NCBI RefSeq assembly: GCF_009914755.1
Contig: NC_060936.1
Origin: the human T2T-CHM13v2.0 reference genome, Homo sapiens
Reading direction: 5' to 3' (one strand)
Length of the DNA stretch: 64,000 bases
In this document: piece after piece, positions 47,329-57,808 of the stretch
Numbering within the stretch: the stretch's first letter is position 1
How the letters are laid out: each line of letters opens with the position of its first letter
Translations under genes and position numbers: made by a program
Notes under the pieces: model-generated
Database searches by the model: none
What the model saw: the letters and a program-made list of their open reading frames with translations, nothing else
Told to the model about the DNA's origin: nothing

Positions 47329-48943
47329 TTAAAGGGGAGAAGGGGGTGGTCAAAGGCAGAGGAGTCGGTGTGGACAAGACAGAGATCTCTTGGAGAGAGG
47401 GCAGGACTACCAGTTGACAAAACCTGTTCAGGTTCCTGGAGGCTCACAACCACCAGTTCCTATCATCCCAGCAACAGCACTCTTTCCCACCCTAGCCTCG
47501 TTCGTAATGATCTGATCAATGTGTGAACAAAAATATTGTGTGTACAAGTCTCAACACATTTGATAATGTGAAGAGGTGAAGGAAAGTGGGTAGGAAAAAT
47601 CTGTAGGGTGGGGAGACTCGGGGAAATGTGTCCTGGTCCAGTGCAGGTAACATATATGGGTATATATGCGTATATACATATTTATACCATATTTAATATA
47701 TTACTCTATTAAGAAATTATAACAAATTTCCTTTTACATTACACATCCACATATTAAACCCCCAATATGTGCTAACAAGGTTAGAATTTAAGTATAATGA
47801 TAATGTTCTCAGTTTTTTGTGGTGGACACTTTAAGAGAGTGTAAATAATAATAAAAATAATAGAGTGATCAGATCACTTGTGCTCAGGGCTAGACCCTTC
47901 AGCCCCAACGGCCTTAACCCCCCTCAACTGCTTTTCCAACCAAATATTCCTCCCCCTGCAGGATCCCAGGGCCATCCAATCAACCGGCCAATGACGGTTT
48001 CAGAGAAGCGGTCCTGGGGAGGGGTATTATCTGCAGGAACACGTCCTGCCAACTTTGTAGTCGAGTCACCTATTTCGGTTGGTAGCGGCCGCTATTTCTT
48101 TAAAAGGGCAGTGGATTTCGAAACAGGAGGGGGAGGTCAGGAAAAGGAACTCAGCTGCCTTTGATAACTGCCCTGCAGCCTTCCCTTCCCGGAGCGCGTG
48201 CTCGGCTCGGGAAGCGCCCGCGGCCGCCGCATCCCCGAGCGGGCGCGTGGCGCCACCTCTTTCCGGGGCGCCCACCTTCCCCGGGAATCCCCCCGCCCGA
48301 CGGTCCCCCAGCGTCTGCGGCGCGGCCGCCCCGGCTTTGTCTCCGGCGTCGCGCTCGGGCGCCCGCTCTCCCCACATTTCCCCGTGTGCAGGCTGTAACC
48401 CGATCTCCCATTTCCTGGTGGATTCTCTTAAAGAGGCAGCGGTCGAGAAGCAGAACAAAGGCTATTGTTTTATTTCCTCCTTCGGATTCCGCGTCCTAAC
48501 CGGAATGGCCCTTCATAGATAATTACTTTCGTTGCATCTGCGCTTAGTGAAACGTTTCAAAACCCTTGTGCACATCGATGTATCCAAGAGACGGAGCCAG
48601 GGGAGGTGGGAGGAGTTTAATAAAACCTGTTTTGTGGTGTCTGGGGCCACAATGTAACGTTTTTTAAAGGTGTCTTCCTTAAGCCCGGAAATTGGCTCGG
48701 CCAGCGGGAGGTCTCGCGGCGTGGAGGGCGGGCGCCCGCACCGGGGGCCGGCCTGGGGGGCTGCGCCGCTCGCCCCGCTCGCAGCCGCGGCCCCACGCGG
48801 CCCCGCTACCCGGGTTTCCTCCGCCCGCGCCCCCGCGGCCGCCCCTCCCCCGCGCAGCTTTTATTTCCCCGATGCCGGGCTGTAACCCGAGCTTTTATTT
48901 CCTGGTGGCTCCTTTAAGAGGCAGAGCTCAGTGCTGGGAATTC

Positions 48944-49430
48944 ACGTCAGTTTCTGCACTGAAACTCTCAAGATCAATGAGCAAAGAGCTTTCTCAGTTC
49001 TGCCTTTCAGTTTCTCTCTTCCAGGAAGGAAAACATTCGAGAGAGCGAGGGAGAGCCGCGGGAGGGCGGGGGGCGGGGGCGCCGGCTGCGGGTGGGAGGA
49101 GAGACCGGGAGGCCGGCCGGGCTGCGTCCCGGGTCCCCGCGCCGCGCCGCGACCTGCAGACCCCGCCGCCGCGCTCGGGCCCGTCTCCCACGCCCCCGCC
49201 GCCCCGCGCGCCCAACTCCGCCGGCCGCCCCGCCCCGCCCCGCGCGCTCCAGACCCCCGGGGCGGCTGCCGGGAGAGATGCTGGAAGAAACTTCTTAAAT
49301 GACCGCGTCTGGCTGGCCGTGGAGCCTTTCTGGGTTGGGGAGAGGAAAGGAAAGTGGAAAAAACCTGAGAACTTCCTGATCTCTCTCGCTGTGAGACATG
49401 TCTGAGACTCCTGCTCAGTGTAGCATTAAG
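48944..49430 (+). other. ETV6: ETV6 exon 1 (GC-rich 5'UTR plus 33 coding nt); TSS approximate (~48944-48949, with shorter forms near 49124)
   Basis: Initiator-like TCAGTTT at 48947-48953 lies ~30-35 bp downstream of TATA-like TTTAAG (48913-48918). The sequence from 49124 matches the recalled ETV6 mRNA 5'UTR. Confidence 0.8.
49398..49430 (+). CDS. ETV6: ETV6 (TEL) ETS-family transcriptional repressor, coding part of exon 1 (codons 1-11, MSETPAQCSIK)
   Basis: ATG TCT GAG ACT CCT GCT CAG TGT AGC ATT AAG matches the known ETV6 N-terminus. It is followed by a phase-0 donor AAG|GTAAAA at 49431, sits in a gacATGt context and lies in a CpG island. Confidence 0.97.
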
Positions 49431-52298
49431 GTAAAAATCTTCTCCCCTCCTTCTACGTGGTGGAAACCCTGAGCTGCACCGGCCAGGGCAGTCGTGCTGG
49501 GCTCCTCAGAGCAGGCTGTTGCAGTTGCTCTGTTCGCAGGAAATTATTTGGGGCGCGAGGGAAGGAGATGCAGCTCGCGGTGGCTGCTGTACCCTTTAGC
49601 GTAACCTTGCTACTCCCCCCCCACCGCCGAGCCCCTGCCGGCTCCTCGGCCCCCACCCCCTTGCTTTTTGACAATGAAATGCCGGTCACAATTGGTCAGA
49701 GCAACCCGGATTGTCTCCAGAACCGTAAAACACCCCCGTAATTAGTGCGCTTAAAAAAAAAAAAAAAAAAAAAAAACAAAAAAAAAAACCTGCTCCCTAT
49801 TCCTACACCCAACATGTGACTGAAATATAACTTTTGTTCCCGAGGGGTGGTCGTCTTAGAAAAAAAGTTGTTCAGTTTCCACTGCGATAGAATCTTTTTA
49901 TTTTTTTAAAGGACTCTCTGGGTCTGATCAGACAGGATTTTTTTCCCCCTCGTCTGATTGTAATTGCAAGCGCTGTCGGAGAGACAGTCCTGGTGTCAGC
50001 TTTTCCTAGGCATTGCACAATGAATTTTTTTTTAAAACCAAGGTGAATAAAGTTGCTGAATAGTTATTTTACTCCGATCCATATGAAAGTTGAGCAATCC
50101 CAAAGTAGAAAACTCCTGTGATGGAGGGAGAGGAAGAACTAAGCAACCAGGCAAAATGACCTTCTGTGTTTGACAGTGCAGAGAGGCTATCTAAGCAGCA
50201 CTCTGTAAATGCAGGGCGGTAGATGTTTGTAAACACACTGCTGGGCTACCCAGTAGTTGTGTGTATGCATGTCTATATATCTGTAAAGACTGTGGTGCTG
50301 CGGTTTGTTGCTTCTAAAAAGTTGTTGTAAAGTTTGCCACCATTGGGAGGCAGGATGATTTATCCATCTACCCGTGTTATTTTTCCCATCGCTGCATTTA
50401 TTGTACACTTTATTCATTTCGCTGTTCCACCAGTACCCAGGTAGAAAGCCTTCCGCTCTTGTGAGAGGCTGAAGCTGCTGAAGTTTGTTTTTGGTTTGGC
50501 CTATTTAATGTGTGTTCACTGAATGGACACTACAGCAACAATGAACAAATAACCTGTTTTCTTCGTCTGTGGGGAGTTAGAAAAACCCTTCCTGGTTTAA
50601 CACTGCCTTTCAATTAGAGTCTGTGTAGGGGAAACGCAGTAGTTCATCATACGTGCTTACTAGGTTTTTTATAATTAGAATCACATTTTGGTGTTTCTTA
50701 TCAGAAAAGATATTCATGGGTTTGAGGATAGGCTAATGTGAAATCAAAAGGTGGTTTGGGCTTCTTTGTTTTTGCCTCACAAAAATGCCTAATGGAACTT
50801 TTAGGCTTTTGTGTTTGTACATAACTGGAGGTAGCAGTATGTATGTCTGTGGGCATGGGGCGTGCCACACTAAAGAACTTAGGGTACTTTGATATTAATA
50901 CTTCAAAACCAGTTTCTTTTGCGGTATAAATTAGATTCTACACAGAGTTCAGGAAAATCCTGCGGTATAGATAATCTAATTTATTTGACGCTTCATAACA
51001 TAGAGGTAACTAAATAGTAGGATATTCAATAAATAAATTGTATTTGGCTCAGTGGCAATAAACCCGACATCAGGAAAATCTGCCAACTACAGATCAGTAA
51101 CTTTAGGGCAAAAACAACAAAAAACAATGCTTTCTGTGACGTTTCTTGATCCTCTTCTATACTGCATCCCCACCGTTTTGATGGGCTTATGGTGGTGTGC
51201 TGGCTGCAGACTGCTACTGAGTGGTTTGTTTCATTGTGCTCCAGTCGGAAAAAGAGTACAACAGTCCCTTGCCTTACTCACATACAGAACCAATCCCAAG
51301 CAAAACGCGTTCTTAAATGCAACATGAAAATTGTCTGTAATTTGCATATCATTTTTTTCCTTATTGCTTACAACTCAGTTCTTTCAGGGTGCCTCTTTTC
51401 ATTACTGTGTACTTCTATGTAATTAAAATAGATTTAATGTTCTTTACCAGAAAGGAAAGAATCACTTTTATTTTGGATCGTTCTTTATGGAACGAGTATG
51501 TATTTGCTTAGACTGCATGTGTCTAGGTGAACGTATGTGAAGAGTATCTTTCCATGGAGTTTGTTTAATTCAGTGTTCCAATAATAAGCACTAGAGATCA
51601 AGGACTGGGATTATTCCAGGTCATCTGAAATGTTCTGGTGATGTGTGCTGCGTTTCATTTAGTCCTTGGGATGTGGTACGGTGACTGCATAATAAAAAAT
51701 GTTTGCTGGTAACCCACAAGCAAGTTGCTTGCTTCTAGAGTCCAGTAAACAATATGCTTTTCTGTGTAGTGAAGAACGAATGTCAGAGGTTTTCAAGGAT
51801 GAGCTGATGAACCTGATATACCGAACTCCTGTGACACAAAAGGCTCTCACTGTGGAGAGGTTTTTCCCAGTCCTCCTCTCCACTCCTGAAACCGTCCTCA
51901 CTTGCTTTCATTCCTTACAAGTAGCGGGTCAGCAGGCAGACAGTTCCTCAGCGGCTGGTGAGATGCAGCCACAGAGGGAAGTACTTTGTTTATTTCTGAG
52001 CAGTGCCTGCTCTGCTAGAAAAGAGTAGTGTCCGATTTGGGTGGAGTTTCCAAGGTGAAAGTTTCTGAATTGGTCAATCAGTGACGCCTTTGTAAAGATG
52101 GCTCATGTGGTGGTCGCTCGCAATGAATGCCTGATAAGGGCTTTTCTGTTTCTTTTGCACTGTGTAAGTTTGCTCCCATCGCCTGGGGAAGTTAATATCA
52201 GACACACACTTTTTACGGTAGAAGAGAGGTTGACTACTCCAAGGGCACTGAAACTCTCACTGAGCCTTATTGTTTCTCTACACGCGACTTGCAGAAAG

Positions 52299-52320
52299 CA
52301 GGAGTGCTCGAGCACTCCTG
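52299..52320. repeat. Perfect 22-bp palindrome
   Basis: CAGGAGTGCTC|GAGCACTCCTG. Confidence 0.97.
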
Positions 52321-53068
52321 GGGGGGTCTGTCCTACAACCCTTGAAGGTTGTGGCACTGTTGTCATGGAAGTTCAAATGCTTCAATTCCTGACCATTTGG
52401 GGTCGTTTAAATGGAAGGAAAGGATCAACTCTCTATAAAAAGTCAAATTGTTTTAAAGAGGATTGCCTGGCTGACTGTGCTGGTCACAGGAAGAAGGAAG
52501 AGGCTGTCTTTTCCATCATCAGCCTTCACCTTCAAGTCACCTCTTCAGTTCTAAGTTTGACCAAGTTGCAGCGGAAGGTGGTTGTGGCCTAGCAGACACG
52601 GTCCCTTGTCAGGCTTGGCACAGCTTGTTAGTGGGCCAGGACTAACCAGAATCCAAAAACGAGTCACACAGTGTCTCTAGTCCCCTCCTTCCCTGCTGTC
52701 CGTATCAGTCAGCTTTCATAGCAGAAGGAAATCTGGTTTTTAAAATTTTGCTACTAACTGGGAGACTCTTTCGAGCTCCCCTTCTGGACTCTGGGCTCCT
52801 TGGGTTTAGTGATGATTATCTTGGTGTCCTAGTAGTTAGCTTGGCAGCTGGCATAGAAATATTTCTCAGTAATGTTTGCTGATGTGAATGAAGTGAGAGG
52901 TGGGAGGAGGCCAGCCCCCTTTCCTCTTTCTGTCTGCGTGTAACCTCAGGGTGACGTAACACTTTCATCCACTGGCTTGCTTGCAGAAAGCACTCAATAG
53001 GGCCCACTACAGCCTTAGAGAGGGCTAGAGCACTCCTGGGGGGTCTGTCCTCAAATGCTTATTAATAG

Positions 53069-53386
<318 letters not shown>

Positions 53387-55357
53387 TAATGTTTTATTAT
53401 TTTGATAAAATTCTCAAAAACTGCTTTTGTGTCAAAAATAACAAAGAAGGAAATTGAGGAAAAGGTACAACAAAGGGGCTTAAGGAATTGCTTTAACAGG
53501 TTCAGATTAGCAGGCTTCTAAGTGCCCCCCAGTTTTTCTGACAATAGAATCAGGGAACTTTCAAACATTCAGAGTTGAGAGACCTTAGAGATCCCCTGGG
53601 CCAACCTCCTCTATTTTTTACAGGGAGGGGATCCAGAGAGCTAAGGGGTTTGCTTCAACCCATGGGTGAGTGAGCCAGGTTTGGAGGACACAGGCCTACA
53701 GGTTCTTAGGCCACTGCATTCTCTGGGTTCATGGTGTGTCCCTATAAAAGGCCAAGGAAACTCGATATAATAGGCTTCGCTCTCTCTGGCACTTCCTAGC
53801 TTGGTCCATTTTAATCACAAGCCAGCTGGTCTGAGGGCACGGGGGTATGTGCCAAGGAAGATGGTATGTGGGGGTAGAAAATGGGCCACTGGGGTCTGGT
53901 CAGGTGTGAGAAGAGGAAGTAGTAGGAGGGAGGAGATGAGAGAAGAAGGGCCTGACGGACTTGTATTGGCACCACTATTTGCATCAATATATGTATATAT
54001 ATATATTTTTTACAGTGCACAAAGGCCTGCAAGTTCTGTTTTGGGCTGAAGGCCCCCTATCTGCTGTTAGGACTCCTTTGAGGAATCCTTGGGTGGGCCG
54101 TAGGCTCTTTTATCAAGGGTCAGACAATCCTATTTATACTTTAATTTCTGTGTAGTAAGCTCCCTGTTTCAAACAGTCAAAGCTAAAAATGTGGCAGCTG
54201 GCCCTAGAGAAGTAGCTATCCTGCTCAGGATAAGTAAGTCAAGGGCAAAAAATACCCCAGATGTGAGCACCAGAGGCAGGTAGAGCTAAGTCACATTCTG
54301 CTCCTCTGAGTGCAGCTGTATTTGTGCACACCAGGAAAGAGCTGGGGGCAAGGTGGGGGCACAGGGTTGCTGAGAGTAACTCACACAGCAGTTTCATTTT
54401 TTTCACCAATTTTTAAAACTTGCCCTTTGGTGTGGATCTCCCAGCCAAGTGATTCAGTGTCAGATGAAGCCCCGTAAGGTGTGCCATATAGAAATGACAT
54501 GTTTGTTCTATGTGAATACTACTTTAGAGACAATCCTGGAGCTTGTTTTCAGGTAAGGGTCCACCACTTCCATATTTGTTGTTAGATGTGTGTTGGGAAC
54601 CAATCTCCGTGTGTATTTGTTGAATAGAATGAGTGTGCATTTACTCAGGGTTCCCACGCCAAAAGGGACCCAGCTTAAAGACTGTTCACTGCCAAACCTA
54701 GTATTTGGGGACAGAAAGACTAGACTAAATTAGTAAAAAGTTAGAATTATAGCCTATTAAAAAACAAACACATTTTTATTGATTTTCCAAACATACAGGA
54801 ACCAAACTAATAAAGTGTTGCTTACTGGGGCATCTCAGGGAACGTTCCAATGAATAGGCAAGAATGTGTTCCACATTATCCATTGGGTAGAAACTAGTGC
54901 TACGATGTGCTTGGAACTGTTCCTTTAGTGTCAAAATATTACCACACATTTTATTTGCTCTGTTAATTTGTTTGATAACCTTTTCTTCTTAGTAAAAATA
55001 CAGAGTTCAGCCTGGTCGTTGTCTAAATGATCTGGAATTCCCAGAGTGTGGACGAGGGGCTTGATTAGAAAAGGTATTGCCCCGTGTTAAGTGTGGACTC
55101 TCAGATGAGCATAACTGCTCACTCAGCCCTATGGATTTCGCTTACAGGAAACGGTAGAATGCTTGCATTTCTGAAACTTTGTAAATTCTCTGTAATTAAA
55201 GGTGTTCGTCTGCTGTTTTAGTGGCCGTTGTTCTACAACAACCAGTTGTAGCTTACAGCTATATAGTGATTTATTACAAAACACTTTCTTCTTCTCCTTT
55301 TCCTTCTTCCTCTTCCTCCTCCTCTTCTTCTTCCTCCTCCATCATCATCACCGGCAT

Positions 55358-55590
55358 CATTTATTGAATGCTACTGCATGCTGGTCCTTGTGCTGTTTTA
55401 TATACATTATATACATTATCTCATTTACTCTTCACAGCTCTCTATGGATGCAGTTTTTCTCTCCATTCTACAAATGAGGAAACTGAAGCCCAGAGAGGTT
55501 AAGTGATGTATTGGCCTAAGACCTCGCAGGCTGTAAGTGGCAAAGCTAAGGCCAGAATCTCTACTGTGGGACTCTAATTCCAAAGTATTT
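55358..55590 (-). mobile_element. MIR
   Basis: CCATTCTACAAATGAGGAAACTGAAGCCCAGAGAGGTTAAGTGA core. Confidence 0.85.
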
Positions 55591-56477
55591 TCTATGAGGG
55601 CATTCCAAAGTGCAGCCATTTTTGCGAAGAAAATTAGGAAACTTGAAGTGACGGGTGGCTGGTGGATTGTTACATAAGCCGAGATGAGAGGCAGGAATAG
55701 AGCTGGCAGAAGTGCTTGCAGAGGTTCTGAATTTCCTCTGCTTCCTGGTCTCTTCTGAAGATGGGTCTTCCTAGCCATTACACAAGTAGCGGGGACAACC
55801 AGATGGTCACACAAAGCCACCACCCACTGTGGAATGAATGTCTAAGTTTTCCATATTTACCCCAGTCTCTAATGTCCTCTGGTGAAATTTTGTCTTTGAT
55901 GGGTTTCATTTTGGGCCCTTGTTGTTTTTCTCAGATGCCTTTCTTTTCCTTGTGTTTTTCTTGCTTCCTCCGGTGCTTAATGGCTTCTTCATGAAGCGGT
56001 TGGAAATCTGAGAGATTGTGTCATCCTGCCCGGCCTCGGGCTAGACACCTTCTTTGCCTGCTTTTTACTTCCTGGTCAGTTGCTTCTCCTTATACAACTT
56101 TTTTTTTTTTCCTTTTAAAGCTTTTCACACAATCCATAAACACAAATTTTTGTTTTTCTTAAACCATCTCTCATGTACATCTTTAATATTATGTGATTTC
56201 CAGGAATCTATTTCAGATATTCCCTCATTTTCCCCTATAACAAAAGGAATCATCTTTTTTTGACTCCTGTCTCGATGGCTTGACCCAACTCGCCTGTTCT
56301 AATTTCCTGGAATGAAGAGAGCATTTCGGCCATCTGACTTTATACATTTCTGATTTTGAACGACTCTAGTGAAGAGAGTCTTCAGAGCAAATGTAGGGAA
56401 AGAAACAGAGAAAGAGAGAGATGTGTTGTGGAGATAATATGAGGGGATTCAGAGAGCATTATCCAAATTTGTCATGA

Positions 56478-56600
56478 AGCAAATGAGGAAACTGAGTCTT
56501 GTGGCGTTTAAAGAGCTTGCCTGAGATCACATTCCTAACTGATCAAGCCAGAGTCAGAATCAGTGTTCCATCCTAGGTCCATGTTCCTCTAACACCATAG
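56478..56600 (-). mobile_element. MIR fragment
   Basis: AAATGAGGAAACTGAGTC...CTTGCCTGAGATCACA. Confidence 0.7.
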
Positions 56601-57506
56601 CAGAGGAAAAATGAGAAAAAACAGGCAAGAATTCAGAAAGCATAGCTTCCTTTTGAAGATTCACATGACATATTAGTGTTCATCATTGTGACTTCCAAGT
56701 GAAAGACAGAGTTCATGTTATGAGATTTAAGAAGTGAAGAAAGAATGCAATGTATTTTGGAAAGATATCTAACAAAAATGGTTGGCATAAGAATAATGTT
56801 AAGTTTTAAAAGGCTAAGCTTCAGTTACGTGGATGAATGATTTATGAAAAGTACTCCCCCATGAAGACACAAAAGAGGTAGCCAATGCATCTGCAAGTTC
56901 TTGAGGCCTGATGGCCTCCCTGGGGGTATTTTCCCTTTGTATGTGGGAGTCAGATATACGGAAAACGACTTCATTTCCTGAATGACCCAAAAAGGACGCA
57001 TTGCCCTGCTGAGTGCCAGTTGGTGAGTGTGCTCAATGGTGTTAGTGTTGCCACAGTGTAGTTCCAGTCACCACGTCTTTCGATTTTGACTTACATTTTC
57101 TTCTGTCTTATGTTGTTCTTTGGTTCTTACCTGTAAAGCTGACTTCCCTTCAGGAGATTGTAAGGTGCTCAGAAAAGGGCTTTACTTCACTGCCATGCTG
57201 TGAATTCTCCTAGGGGAAGAGTACAGACAATGGAGTAGACAGACCCATGAATCCTGGTTCCTGAACTTGAACTTGTTCAAGCTACTTAATCATGAACCTG
57301 TTAACTCATCTGAAGTGGTAATAAAAATGTGTCTCTTAGGGTTGTTGGGATATGTACATTGCCCAATGTAGTGCTTTATACTGTTAAAAAGTTAGTTCTC
57401 CTCCTCCTTTATACATCCTCCATAACACATGGATCTGGAAGAGGCTAGAGATTTTCTGGTTCTGTGCCCACATTATACAGTTGAGAATACAGAGGCCAGG
57501 GGATGG

Positions 57507-57808
<302 letters not shown>

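Larger units (their letters stand above)
48050..49650. promoter_or_regulatory. CpG island / ETV6 promoter
   Basis: Very high GC and CpG density with multiple GC boxes (CCCCGCCC, GGGCGG), ETS cores (ATTTCC) and TATA-like/Inr elements around exon 1. Confidence 0.93.

Noticed and set aside
48079-49741. Many overlapping ORFs (up to 237 aa) in the CpG island
   Set aside because: Ala/Pro/Arg/Gly-rich frames expected from stop-poor GC-rich DNA, mostly with non-ATG starts. Only the ATG-initiated uORFs are discussed.
52139-52164. Cryptic RAG recombination signal (CACTGTG with GGCTTTTCT)
   Set aside because: Spacer is 10 nt rather than 12 or 23. Other CACAGTG heptamers (52667, 57052, 57908) lack a nonamer.
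52098-52592. 164-aa ATG ORF in intron 1
   Set aside because: No recognisable domain, no supporting exon structure, and a length attainable by chance in 64 kb.
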